Part shown: positions 35,947-46,046 of the stretch, piece after piece
How positions within the stretch are numbered: the stretch's first letter is position 1
How the letters are laid out: each line of letters starts with the position of its first letter
DNA from: a virus
Taxonomy: Duplodnaviria > Heunggongvirae > Uroviricota > Caudoviricetes
Virus record (IMG/VR): IMGVR_UViG_3300035208_001992
DNA: 64,000 nt
Direction: 5' to 3' (one strand)
The notes under the pieces: generated by a model
Told to the model about the DNA's origin: nothing
Databases searched by the model: none
What the model saw: only the letters and a program-made list of their open reading frames with translations
Position numbers and translations under genes: made by a program

Positions 35947-37071
35947 ATGTACACAGTCAGGAAGACCGGTGACTCGGTTCGCGCAAACGCTCGATTCACT
36001 CCGCAGAGCATCGCTGCAGCGGCTGCAGCTGCTGGACGTCGCGTCACTGCATCGTCACAGCTCTCGGCCAATCCAATCCTCAACGACAAGGGCGAAGTCA
36101 ACGCTCAGGGCACTCTCGATCTCATTCGCAACCTTGGACTGATGGCGCAAGCCGCTTCCATGGGAATGGTCGACAGCGTTCGCGAGGACGAAGGTGCGCA
36201 GGACCACCGCGAGGCAATCGCAGCGGCCATCGCAGACAAGTCCGGACAGGGCTGGCTAACCCTCGGCGAAATCGTCGGCAACCAGGTCGTTGAGACCATG
36301 GGCCGCGCCGGTTTCACCCGTCGGTTACTCCAGTTCAACGCAGTGCCCAAGGGCGGCATCGCCAAGGTTCGCGTTCGTCATCGTGACGTCGTGGCCTACG
36401 TGTCGACCACAGATCCGAACGTCGTGGCCTCTCAGGTCCGTCAGCCCGTGGTCTATCCCGCGTTCTTCAACATCATCGCCAACATCCTGATCGAAGACTC
36501 TGAGATCAACCTGGATGACGGCGACCTGCTCGAAGATCGCTATCAGGACGGACTCGAACAGCTGCTGGTCGCTGAAGACCGCGCGTTCAAGAACATCGTG
36601 GACGTGGCTGCACAGGCCTACAACCCACTCTTCCTGTTCCCCTCGCTGACTCCGTCGGTGTGGACGAACATGAAGGTCGCCGTGGAAGAGTACGGTAACA
36701 CACCGGTCACTTCCGCGCTGATGTCCATGGACCTCTGGCCGGACGTCGAGACTGATCCCGAATTCATTTCGTGGTTCTCCGACATCGAGAAGCACGAGAT
36801 CGCGTTCGAAGGCACTCTCGGCAAGGTCAACGGCGTGGAGATCATCACCGACGGCATTCGTCATCCCAAGCTCAAGGTTCTCGATCGCGGACAGCTCTAC
36901 ATGTTCTCCGCACCTCAGACCCTCGGCGTGGTGTCGCAGCTCGGTGACCTCAACGTCCAGTCCATCAACCTGTACCCGCAGGGACAACCCAAGCGCGGTT
37001 GGTACATGGCGCAGCAAGAGGCCCTTGCCGTCGTGAACCCGCACGCTGTTGTGCGCGGCCAGAAGTCCTGA
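35947..37071 (+). CDS. Major capsid protein (HK97 fold inferred)
   Basis: 374 aa; extreme codon bias; ends the protease-scaffold-decoration block; followed by a terminator. Confidence 0.75.
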   Translation: MYTVRKTGDSVRANARFTPQSIAAAAAAAGRRVTASSQLSANPILNDKGEVNAQGTLDLIRNLGLMAQAASMGMVDSVREDEGAQDHREAIAAAIADKSGQGWLTLGEIVGNQVVETMGRAGFTRRLLQFNAVPKGGIAKVRVRHRDVVAYVSTTDPNVVASQVRQPVVYPAFFNIIANILIEDSEINLDDGDLLEDRYQDGLEQLLVAEDRAFKNIVDVAAQAYNPLFLFPSLTPSVWTNMKVAVEEYGNTPVTSALMSMDLWPDVETDPEFISWFSDIEKHEIAFEGTLGKVNGVEIITDGIRHPKLKVLDRGQLYMFSAPQTLGVVSQLGDLNVQSINLYPQGQPKRGWYMAQQEALAVVNPHAVVRGQKS

Positions 37072-37165
37072 TTAGTATCAGGATCGTGAATGCTTGAGCG
37101 TTAGTCTTCGGGCTCGCTCAGCACTCGCACATGGGGACCGGTCCTTCTTTGGGCCGGTCCCTTTT
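37065..37165 (+). terminator. Three consecutive hairpins ending in a rho-independent terminator
   Basis: TCCTGAT-TAGT-ATCAGGA (37065-37082), TGC.TGAGCG...CGCTCAGCA (37091-37123), GGGACCGGTCC-loop-GGGCCGGTCCC-TTTT (37134-37165). Confidence 0.75.
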
Positions 37166-37195
37166 GCTATCTTCCAACAGAATGTGAGGGTCAAC

Positions 37196-38125
37196 GTGAG
37201 ACGCATCGTATTTGTCCTCCCTGGTGGAGGCGCTCGTGGCATGATTCAAGCTGCGGCACTAGCAAAGATCGAGCAGATGCTCGGTATGCAAATCTTTCAA
37301 CTCGCGAACTTGATCATCGGTGGATCCGTCGGATCAATCATCGGCGGTATGCTCGCTGCAGGCGTAAAGGCAACAATAGTAGAGCAACTGTTCTACAACA
37401 ACGCCAAATCGTATTTCCCTCGCACCAATTCGATCACAAACATTCTACTTCGTCTCGTGACTGGCAACAATTCACTGTACGACGCGCAAGCAATTGTCTC
37501 AGACGTACTCACGTATTCATCTGGCGCAAAGATGCGTGACATGCGTTGTCCATACGTGGCTGTGACAGCAAACGTCAACACCCGTATGCCATTGCTCATG
37601 TCGTCAGAAGATCCGATATACCAGAACAAGTTCTTGGCTGACGTTGTAGCTAACAGCTTCGCTGCGCCTTACTTCTTTGGTCTGCGCAACAACGACATCG
37701 ACCAGATCACATATGGTGATCCTGGCATTGGCGGTGACGCAAACCCAATCATGATTGCTTGGACTGAAGTGATTCGTCGTGGCTGGCACCAAGACGGGAT
37801 CACAGACATCTATATGATTGGAACTGGTCTTCCAAACAACTACACGCCATATAGTGAGACGCGTAAGTGGGGCTTCATTCGCCAAAGCGTCAAGACCTTG
37901 CGTTTCGCTGCCGAAGAGTCTGACGCAACTAACCAGCACTACGCTGAGTACTTCGACATGCTGCTCAGCAATGTGAACATCTACACGTTGAATCCAACGC
38001 TTGATGGGCCTGCTGATTTCGCCAATGTCAGCAAGATCGACTACTACTCAAAGCTCGGATCGCAGGCCGTAGACAGCATAGATCTTGATCCTCTCATTGC
38101 CAGACGCGCTGAGCTATTGGGGTAA
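37196..38125 (+). CDS. Patatin-like phospholipase
   Basis: PGGGARG oxyanion loop, GGSVG nucleophile elbow, SFAAPYFF, and DPG in place of DGG; GAGG RBS before GTG 37196. Confidence 0.85.
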   Translation: MRRIVFVLPGGGARGMIQAAALAKIEQMLGMQIFQLANLIIGGSVGSIIGGMLAAGVKATIVEQLFYNNAKSYFPRTNSITNILLRLVTGNNSLYDAQAIVSDVLTYSSGAKMRDMRCPYVAVTANVNTRMPLLMSSEDPIYQNKFLADVVANSFAAPYFFGLRNNDIDQITYGDPGIGGDANPIMIAWTEVIRRGWHQDGITDIYMIGTGLPNNYTPYSETRKWGFIRQSVKTLRFAAEESDATNQHYAEYFDMLLSNVNIYTLNPTLDGPADFANVSKIDYYSKLGSQAVDSIDLDPLIARRAELLG

Positions 38126-38149
38126 CTTTGTATAGCGTCTCACTGGTCT

Positions 38150-38162
38150 AACATTGTAAATA
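38150..38162 (+). promoter_or_regulatory. AASNTTGTAAATA motif, leaderless spacing
   Basis: AACATTGTAAATA-N6-ATG; no Shine-Dalgarno sequence. Confidence 0.75.
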
Positions 38163-38168
38163 TAGATC

Positions 38169-39275
38169 ATGGGATCATGGGATACAATCATAGACATCGC
38201 GACGAGAGCCGATCGATATGCTAGACTCGGCCTCGACGCAGTTCCGCAAATCGTTGGTATAGTCAACGGATCTTGCGTCAATCCGAACATTGGCACAACC
38301 GAAATTCGATGCCAATGTCCGTTCCATCAATCAGACGATGGCGTGAGCCAAACGCTACGTATCAATCTCGACAGCGCTCATCGACTTGGTATCGGCTTCT
38401 TCAAGTGCTATAGTTGTCAAACGCATGGACATTTCAATGACCTAGCAGAGAAGCTTGGTGTCGATATGATCATGGGTGAGGCTAACCCTGAGATCAGAAA
38501 CATCCTGATTCCGCTTCGGCAACAGGCATTTGATTATCAGGGAGCGCCTCGCTTTGGCATGGAAGATCTTCCAGCAGACTTCTCTTGGGATCGTGGCAAA
38601 GGCATCATCATATCGAGCCGCGCGTTCAACATTGTCCAAGCACAGCTATGGCATACGCGTACAGCCGTTTGGAAGAGCAAAGAGAAGGTCGTCAAGTACG
38701 TTGACCAGACAACTAGTGAAGAGCTATCCAAAGTCGTCAACCAAATCTTAAAGGGCCCTGACAACAAACCGATCTTCGAGCGCTGGCAAGACGAAGATCG
38801 AATCTGGATGCCTGTCATTGATCGCGATGCTGTAGTTGCGCACGTAGCGGCGTTGATTGGCAAGCGACACTGGTTCAGCAAGAAGTATCTCAACGCCAAA
38901 GGCGAATGGCCAAAGCGTTACATCTGGCCACTGGATCAAATCATGCTGGCGATGCGAGAGCGTCGATACGTAGTGATCGTAGAAGGACCAGCAGATGCGC
39001 TGCGATTGATCGACAACGGTATACCAGCTATCGCTAACCTCGGTGTAAGCGCTTGGACTAGTGCCAAGGCAGAGATCATATCGGCGCACTACCAACGCGT
39101 GTTCGTGTGCATGGATCCAGACAGTGCAGGCGCTGGAGCACAGAAGCAGGTGATTGAGTCATTCGCAGGTTCAATACCAGCGCATGCAATCAGGCTGCCA
39201 AAGAAGGTCGATCCAGCTTCGTTCACTCCACAACAGCTTGAGAAATTCAAACGGCTAATTCAAGGAGAGCTATAA
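38169..39275 (+). CDS. dnaG: DNA primase (zinc finger plus TOPRIM)
   Basis: CPFH...CYSC zinc finger; VIVEGPADAL; CMDPDSAG (DxD); DP motif near the C-terminus. Confidence 0.9.
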   Translation: MGSWDTIIDIATRADRYARLGLDAVPQIVGIVNGSCVNPNIGTTEIRCQCPFHQSDDGVSQTLRINLDSAHRLGIGFFKCYSCQTHGHFNDLAEKLGVDMIMGEANPEIRNILIPLRQQAFDYQGAPRFGMEDLPADFSWDRGKGIIISSRAFNIVQAQLWHTRTAVWKSKEKVVKYVDQTTSEELSKVVNQILKGPDNKPIFERWQDEDRIWMPVIDRDAVVAHVAALIGKRHWFSKKYLNAKGEWPKRYIWPLDQIMLAMRERRYVVIVEGPADALRLIDNGIPAIANLGVSAWTSAKAEIISAHYQRVFVCMDPDSAGAGAQKQVIESFAGSIPAHAIRLPKKVDPASFTPQQLEKFKRLIQGEL

Positions 39276-39442
39276 TGAGCAACGACAATCAAAACATCGC
39301 AGTCGCACATCCTGAGACTCCTGTCGACATCGACATTGAACTCATCGCTGATCGCGTGCGCAATGACGGCGTCGCTGGCCAAGTCAAGGCTTCAACCGAA
39401 GTCTATGGCGATGCTAGCGAAGGCCAGCAAGCGTCGATCTAA
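39275..39442 (+). CDS. Small acidic hypothetical protein (55 aa)
   Basis: Translated by hand (MSNDNQNIAVAHPETPVDIDIELIADR...); AAGGAG RBS and TAATG coupling to the primase; below the ORF-track cutoff. Confidence 0.55.
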   Translation: MSNDNQNIAVAHPETPVDIDIELIADRVRNDGVAGQVKASTEVYGDASEGQQASI

Positions 39443-39453
39443 GAATAAAGATC

Positions 39454-41205
39454 GTGCGTCCAAATTACCAACAGCGCGTTGTACGTCGAGTGTCACATCC
39501 TGACGCGCAAGACGTGGAAATGAAGACGCTGCTGCCAAAGATCTATCTACGGCATCGGCTCTTCATCCCGCAGTCGCTGTTTACACCGGAGATACGCAAA
39601 GCGTTTTCCGTAGTGATTGAGAACTACTATCCCGAGTTCGATGAGAACGGCGATCCAATTGAGCAACGTGATCTGCTGATCAAAGGATACAAGACACATC
39701 CAAACGGCTATGTGTCTCTTGCTCGTGGGCATTTGGACAAAGTCTGGAAGGTGTTCGAGCACACAGCGCAAATCGTTGATCAACGCGTTGCTGAGCCACT
39801 CTCGTTCGATCTCAAATGGCTTGGCGTGCTGTTAGAGGACGGAGCCACTCGTGGCGCGCTCAAGCCTGAGCAAGAGCGCTTCATCTCAGATATGATGGCT
39901 CGCGGATATGGCATGGGTGAAGCTCCACCGCGCTTTGGCAAGACCATTTGCATGTCGAACATCACTTGCCGTGCTGGTCTTAAGACGCTCGTTGTCGTCC
40001 ACCAAGTTGAGCTCGCAGAGCAGTTCGAATCTGAGTTCCGGCGTTGCACAAACGTTGACCAAGAAGAGCGTCGTCATCGGCGCAAGCTGATCGGGTTCTG
40101 TCGCTCATTCGAAGACTTCGAGAAGTACGACATCTGCATCACGACATGGAATAGGTTCCATGCTCCTAAGCCACGCGAAGACGTAGACGAGCGTACGCAA
40201 CAGCTTCAGATCCGTCGAGGCAAAGCTGTCGCAGCTGCAATCAATCGTCTGCGCAACAGCTTTGGACTAGTGCTTGTCGATGAAGCGCACCGTGCTGCGT
40301 CAGCTTGCTTTTCTTCTGTCGTTGGTCAGTTCAATCCGTGGTATCGCTTTGGCGTCACTGCAACGCCTGACCGCAAAGATCAGTTAGATGCTGTCATCAA
40401 GCTCATTGTCGGCCCAGTCGTCACTCGAGCCGACGAGCAGAAGGTGCTGTTGCGAGTCAGGCCGGTGTACACAGGCTTTGTTCCTCACTTCACGCGCTGG
40501 CACGCATATGAAGCACAGATTGCTCGTGACGCTCGCCGCAACAAACTAGCACTAAGCCTTGTCGAGAAAGACGTCAAGGCTGGACATTCAGTTGTTGTCG
40601 TCTGCAAGCGCACAAAGCACATTCTCGAATTCACGCAAGCGCTTGTCGCACGCGGTATTCGAGCAGAAGCGTTCTGGTCTGGTCAGAAGGATCGTAAGGG
40701 CTTACTCGTTCGCGCGCGTAAGGGACAGACACAAGTAGTCGTTGCCTATCGTGGTATGCTGCTTGGCATCAACGTACCTCGCTGGTCATCGATGCACATC
40801 TTGTCACCAGGCAACAACGCACCGAATCACGTGCAAGAGATGGCCCGCGTTCGTACAATCATGGACGGTAAACGCTACGCTGTACTTCGTGACTATCTCG
40901 ATGCTTGTGGAGCAAGCAATGGTTGCTACCGTACTCGGCATCGCGTCTATACGGATGCTAGGCGACAGCCAGTCATATTCGAGGACGAGACAGGCACACC
41001 AATCAAACGACTCTCATTCGAGTACATCAGGCAAAGGGCACTTGAGCCTCGGCCAGATCGATTCAAAGGCAAGGTACAGTCACTTGCAGAGATGGGAGCT
41101 ACGTTCGGTGCAGCCGGACCTAAGCGTCCAAACTTCACTGATGAGGGAGCTCAATACGGAGCCCCAATGCAGATGCCTAAAGCAACGGCTTGGGACTTTC
41201 TTTGA
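39454..41205 (+). CDS. Superfamily 2 helicase (UvsW-like)
   Basis: APPRFGKT, LVDEAH, TATPDRKD, GINVP, QEMARVRT. Confidence 0.9.
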   Translation: MRPNYQQRVVRRVSHPDAQDVEMKTLLPKIYLRHRLFIPQSLFTPEIRKAFSVVIENYYPEFDENGDPIEQRDLLIKGYKTHPNGYVSLARGHLDKVWKVFEHTAQIVDQRVAEPLSFDLKWLGVLLEDGATRGALKPEQERFISDMMARGYGMGEAPPRFGKTICMSNITCRAGLKTLVVVHQVELAEQFESEFRRCTNVDQEERRHRRKLIGFCRSFEDFEKYDICITTWNRFHAPKPREDVDERTQQLQIRRGKAVAAAINRLRNSFGLVLVDEAHRAASACFSSVVGQFNPWYRFGVTATPDRKDQLDAVIKLIVGPVVTRADEQKVLLRVRPVYTGFVPHFTRWHAYEAQIARDARRNKLALSLVEKDVKAGHSVVVVCKRTKHILEFTQALVARGIRAEAFWSGQKDRKGLLVRARKGQTQVVVAYRGMLLGINVPRWSSMHILSPGNNAPNHVQEMARVRTIMDGKRYAVLRDYLDACGASNGCYRTRHRVYTDARRQPVIFEDETGTPIKRLSFEYIRQRALEPRPDRFKGKVQSLAEMGATFGAAGPKRPNFTDEGAQYGAPMQMPKATAWDFL

Positions 41206-41236
41206 GCCAACTTACAACTAACTGGAGAGGGCAATC

Positions 41237-41827
41237 ATGCCAATAGCAGATCGTGAAACACCGAATTCACGCGCAAAGGCTAGGATCCTCAATGATCCAA
41301 TCATCATGCGCATTATTGATGCGGGTAAAACTGTCATCCCGAACAACAAGCTTGACAAGGACTTGATTCAGTACTTCATCACATCGCGTGATCTAGCTCA
41401 TCCTGGCCACTACAACTATGGCGTCAACACGCGCTTCGCTGCACCTCGCCAAGACTTGTCGAACGTTGCAACGGCCATGGCGAAGATCCAAGCATTCCGT
41501 GACCGCGTTTGCGAGATTCAGCTACAGCTCATCGGCATGAAAGCACGTCTCGACAAGTGGATCAAGCTCGGCAAGATTCATGTCTATGACCAGTACGGAG
41601 TCGAAGTCAAATCACGCGGCGCGAATGCGCAGCAAGAATACTTCATTGATTCTCTGTTCTTGTCATTGATCAATAAGGTCGATCTCATCGACTCTCAGCT
41701 AAGCCAGGTGAATTCAATCCTGGCTAACTTGGACAAAGCACACTACAACTACAAGCACATCGGAGACATCGGACTGAAGCTCGTCGACCGTCTCGAAGGT
41801 GGAAGGACGGTGACTCATGGCGCCTGA
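41237..41827 (+). CDS. Hypothetical coiled-coil protein, possibly a UvsY-like recombination mediator
   Basis: Follows the UvsW-like helicase; two long helices; the family call is weak. Confidence 0.6.
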   Translation: MPIADRETPNSRAKARILNDPIIMRIIDAGKTVIPNNKLDKDLIQYFITSRDLAHPGHYNYGVNTRFAAPRQDLSNVATAMAKIQAFRDRVCEIQLQLIGMKARLDKWIKLGKIHVYDQYGVEVKSRGANAQQEYFIDSLFLSLINKVDLIDSQLSQVNSILANLDKAHYNYKHIGDIGLKLVDRLEGGRTVTHGA

Positions 41828-42797
41828 TCAATCTCGTAAAGGTTTCACTCTCGTTCCTCCAGGACAACATCCTGGAGTGAAATCAGACGTTCCAGCGCCA
41901 GCTCCAGACAATGCTGACGGAATCGTGATCACAACGGATTCGAGCGACCAGCTACTACGTCGCGCAATCATGCCACCAGTTGCTGCAGCACAAACGCAAC
42001 CCGAGTTTACGCAGCAATCACAGCCTGAGCCAGCAGTCGCTAGCTGGACCGAGCCGAACGCACCTGCCCAAACAGAGCCAGAGCCGATCATCTATGACGA
42101 CGATGACGATGATGCTGGAGATCGTTGGATGGAAGATCCGACCAATCAGGATCTGCTAGCACCGAAAGCAAGTGCACCACGCCCAAGTGAATTCAGCAAC
42201 ATTGCGCATCGCGTAGCAAGCGATATGCAAAAGATGGATGACGCTAACAGGCAGACAACCATCGCCAAATTCATTGCGAAGTTTGCATCAGATCCAAGTG
42301 CTGCAGTTGACATGGACTTGCGCCAAAAGATCGATGCTTGGATCATTTGTCACTTGAGTGATACAGCCACAGCTGAGACATCAATCAAGGATGTTGGCTT
42401 TGCTATATCTGAGCACGGAGCTCAACTGGTCATCGATGAGAAAGAGCTACGCACAACATTCCAAAACTTGTCTTGGTTGCGTTCGTACAGCTCGATTATT
42501 GACATCTTAGGTCTCACCGAATTCAAGAGCGTGCTGATGCTTGCTGAGATCGACAAGACCATTGGCCGAGCACGTAATCTCGAAGAAGAGCAGAACAACG
42601 TCGAGCAACAGAAGTACCAAGAAAATGTTGATGAGATCATCAGCTCTGTTCGATCGCTCAATCTGTCGATTAAGGCTTTGATCTCGGCGCAGCAAGTCAA
42701 TTCGTCTCCGTTCTTGCGCAATGCACGCAATACAACGCCTGCAGCGCAAACACAACCGCAATCACCAAACGTAGCTGCTCCAGCTCAAGCAGAATAG
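41817..42797 (+). CDS. Hypothetical protein with Pro/Gln-rich termini
   Basis: 326-aa coupled ORF. Confidence 0.7.
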   Translation: MAPDQSRKGFTLVPPGQHPGVKSDVPAPAPDNADGIVITTDSSDQLLRRAIMPPVAAAQTQPEFTQQSQPEPAVASWTEPNAPAQTEPEPIIYDDDDDDAGDRWMEDPTNQDLLAPKASAPRPSEFSNIAHRVASDMQKMDDANRQTTIAKFIAKFASDPSAAVDMDLRQKIDAWIICHLSDTATAETSIKDVGFAISEHGAQLVIDEKELRTTFQNLSWLRSYSSIIDILGLTEFKSVLMLAEIDKTIGRARNLEEEQNNVEQQKYQENVDEIISSVRSLNLSIKALISAQQVNSSPFLRNARNTTPAAQTQPQSPNVAAPAQAE

Positions 42798-42836
42798 CCA
42801 GCTGAATCACTACCACAGTAGATCAAGGACTAACGC

Positions 42837-45800
42837 ATGAGAGCAAACATCCGATATCGTGACCATGCTGGCGAAAACGCAGCTCGTAAAGAGGTCGTGA
42901 TGTTTGCTGACGTCCGCGTCGTTGTCATGGGCGTCGAGGTCTCAGACTACTTGACTGGTGATGTGAGCGTTGTGCGTAACGAAGGCGATACTGAGGGAAC
43001 GTGCTCGTTCTCGCTTGACAACAACTATGACCGCTTCATCATGAGGCCTGAGAATTTTGGTGGCGAGACGCCGAAGTACAATCTCAAGCAGTCAGCCAGT
43101 CCGCAAGACATGGGTGACAACAAGGTATCAGGCAAGCCCAACGAGATATCACGCGACAACATGAGATGGATCATTGACGAGTCAGACAATGGTCGAAGCA
43201 GCTTCGAATATGATGAACGACCAAAGCGAGACTTGTTCAACTACAAGATCAGGCAGATCATGAAGTTCAACAACATCTCGAACGGAGCCGGCGTTAGTCA
43301 GTTCTCTACTGCAGGTAGCGTTGTTGCGTCAAGCACGCAAGTTGTGAACACATCATCTTCTGGTCTGTCGCGCGAAATGCCGTGTTTCAATCTGACAGTC
43401 GGCACATGTGTATTGCACGTGCATGACGAAGTACGTGTTTGGTTTGCTGATCCATGCGTCGATCCGCTCAACGAATCTGAGTATCGTTGGGCGCCTTTGT
43501 TTTCTGGCGTCATAAGTTCGGCTCCTGTGAAGCGCAATCGCGTAAACGGTGAATCCAGCATTTCAGTCACATGCGGCGACTTGCGCTACCTCATGAAGAA
43601 GATGCGCATAGCTGGCAACATCCAATCGGCTGACCAAAAGAAGACATTGGTTCAATTCGATGATCCAGTCGGTATGTTCAAGGACGCACTGCCATTCGCT
43701 GATCCAGCGCAAGGCAACGTCAAATTCGAGAATATCCTGTCAGACTTAAGCTATCGGCAATTGACGCGTGCCATATTCTGTGGTGACTCGCCTGCTGATA
43801 TCCAAGCCCGTGATCAACAGATCAAATCTGCTGGCCTTGCTGGAAACATGTTAGCTGCATTCGGTGGTGGAACAGATCCATGGGTTGATAAGCTTGCATA
43901 TGGTGAGTCACACCAGAACGATCCAAAGCTGCAGATACGCGGCATTGGAACGATATCACTCGGCTATGAGATCGACTATGAGCCTTCAGCAAGTGCCAGC
44001 TCTAAGGTCACAATTCTAGAAGACTGGAACGACCTAATTTTGTTTGGTGCCAAATTTGATTGGTACACAAACGACGAGGTGGAGCGCATTAGTGCTGGCA
44101 CGCGTCCGATCAATTACCTCGCACACGATGATGACGGTGAAGGTCAACCATCGCCGTACTCAGTTCTGTCGACGTTCGTTCATTACTTGTTTCCAGAGCC
44201 ATATCATGTAGAGACGTTCAATATCAGAAACTGTCTTGAACGCGCTCTCGTCACTCCAGGCTCAGATGTTAGCTGGAACAACAGACTTGAGATCATAAAG
44301 CAAGCGTCTGACAACATCGGCTACAAGTTCTACATATCGCCGATTGGTGACGTCATATTTGAGTTTCCAATGTTTGACTTCATGCCTGAGGCATTCGGTA
44401 AGTACGCTTCTTGCTACGTTGTCGGAGATTCAATAAAGTCCGATGACCAGAATGATGAAGGTGATGGTAACGTTGTCACAGGATTGATCGTTCGCGGTGG
44501 CTTTACTGCAGCCGACGCTGGTTCAAACGCTCAACTGAACGAGACAGCGAATAACCAAGCATACTCGGTCATCATCAAGTCTGACTTCATGGCACGCAAG
44601 TATAGCAACGTTGTTGAAGAGTACGCGATACCATGGCTTGATCGCGTATGGGAGCTGTCGACTACGGACGCCGCAGGCAATACCATAGACAAGAACGCAC
44701 TTCAGCGAAATGCGCTTATCAGCTTCGGTATCATTGAGTTCTTCAAGCGAATTTCAGCAATGTCATCGATGGGGTTCGATGGTATCTACAATCCGTTCTG
44801 GCTACCAAATCGCCCGATCTTGAACAAGCTTCTACGCCGTATCGGTCTCACGACAAGCGCTACTATCTCAATCCCAATTGATGGTGCTCCAACATCGTCT
44901 ATCGATACGTACTACATTCGTGCAGCAGATCATGACAACAACTTCATTGGCATCACAGGCGCGCCAAACACGCCATTCAGTTATGCTGATGGCCAAAGGC
45001 TTGCTTTGTTTTCGGCCTTGTCACTTGACAACATCCGTACAACGTACGGTATTGAAATCATTGATCCATCGACAAGCATGGTTGAGAACTCTAATGTCGG
45101 TTTGACTATGTCTGACCTGGCCCGGTTCTTGTCTCAAGGTTCTGTATCTACAGGCAACAACAACGTTCATCAGTATTCGGTCTCAAAGGCTGTGGCTCGT
45201 TCTTACGCTCGCTATGATGACTTGCAAAAGACGAATCCAAAGCTTCATGCGTTGATTGCGAAAGCAGCTAACAACGCCGGTATGGATCCGCACCTACTAT
45301 ATCAGATCATGGAATTCGAGTCCGGCGGACGTGATCATATCAATCCACTTGGCGCTTACAACAAGCAGAATCCAGCACAAGGAGCTCAAGGCGTGATTCA
45401 GTTCATGCCTGACACACTGCGTGGCATGGGAATTGATCCAGTCACATTCCGTGAAAAGTATCCAACTGTTGAATCGCAAATGCCGCTTGTCGAGCAGTAC
45501 TTGACTCAAGCTAAGAAAAGCGTTGGTGGAAATCTCGATTCACCATACACTGCGTACATGGCGATCTTCAATCCAGCATCTGCGCGTGAAGACATGAATA
45601 AGCCTTTCGCGAATTCAGACAACAAGTGGACACGCGAACACGCTGACAAGATTTCGCGACAGAACGGCGGGATACAGAAGCCATCTGATTTGATGCTCAA
45701 GCTTGGCTACAACTATGACAAACCAGGAGGCGGACAGTACTCGTATGTCACACAAGGTCGACATGGACCAGTCACTGTGACACAAAACTACGTGGCAACT

Positions 45801-46046
45801 GGAAATGCAGCGGCTAACAACGCAGCATCAGTAGCGCCACCAACGAGCACTGTCGACACAACGCGATCTGTTCCAGGATTCAAGCTAAACGCGACTGTGA
45901 CAGACAATGCAGCTGCACCAACAAGGCAAGTAGCAACAACACGCACAGAGCCATTGCCGAGTCCAACGCCTGTGACTCCGCCTTCACCCAAGTTTATGCA
46001 AGCGTCTCAAAGTGATATGACGCGTATCAAAGTCGGAGGTGTATGA
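42837..46046 (+). CDS. Baseplate hub-like protein with a C-terminal lytic transglycosylase (SLT) domain
   Basis: LYQIMEFESGG and GAQGVIQFMPDT are SLT motifs; the N-terminal beta-rich region resembles phage hub (gp27/VgrG-like) proteins; the next gene is spike-like. Confidence 0.75.
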   Translation: MRANIRYRDHAGENAARKEVVMFADVRVVVMGVEVSDYLTGDVSVVRNEGDTEGTCSFSLDNNYDRFIMRPENFGGETPKYNLKQSASPQDMGDNKVSGKPNEISRDNMRWIIDESDNGRSSFEYDERPKRDLFNYKIRQIMKFNNISNGAGVSQFSTAGSVVASSTQVVNTSSSGLSREMPCFNLTVGTCVLHVHDEVRVWFADPCVDPLNESEYRWAPLFSGVISSAPVKRNRVNGESSISVTCGDLRYLMKKMRIAGNIQSADQKKTLVQFDDPVGMFKDALPFADPAQGNVKFENILSDLSYRQLTRAIFCGDSPADIQARDQQIKSAGLAGNMLAAFGGGTDPWVDKLAYGESHQNDPKLQIRGIGTISLGYEIDYEPSASASSKVTILEDWNDLILFGAKFDWYTNDEVERISAGTRPINYLAHDDDGEGQPSPYSVLSTFVHYLFPEPYHVETFNIRNCLERALVTPGSDVSWNNRLEIIKQASDNIGYKFYISPIGDVIFEFPMFDFMPEAFGKYASCYVVGDSIKSDDQNDEGDGNVVTGLIVRGGFTAADAGSNAQLNETANNQAYSVIIKSDFMARKYSNVVEEYAIPWLDRVWELSTTDAAGNTIDKNALQRNALISFGIIEFFKRISAMSSMGFDGIYNPFWLPNRPILNKLLRRIGLTTSATISIPIDGAPTSSIDTYYIRAADHDNNFIGITGAPNTPFSYADGQRLALFSALSLDNIRTTYGIEIIDPSTSMVENSNVGLTMSDLARFLSQGSVSTGNNNVHQYSVSKAVARSYARYDDLQKTNPKLHALIAKAANNAGMDPHLLYQIMEFESGGRDHINPLGAYNKQNPAQGAQGVIQFMPDTLRGMGIDPVTFREKYPTVESQMPLVEQYLTQAKKSVGGNLDSPYTAYMAIFNPASAREDMNKPFANSDNKWTREHADKISRQNGGIQKPSDLMLKLGYNYDKPGGGQYSYVTQGRHGPVTVTQNYVATGNAAANNAASVAPPTSTVDTTRSVPGFKLNATVTDNAAAPTRQVATTRTEPLPSPTPVTPPSPKFMQASQSDMTRIKVGGV

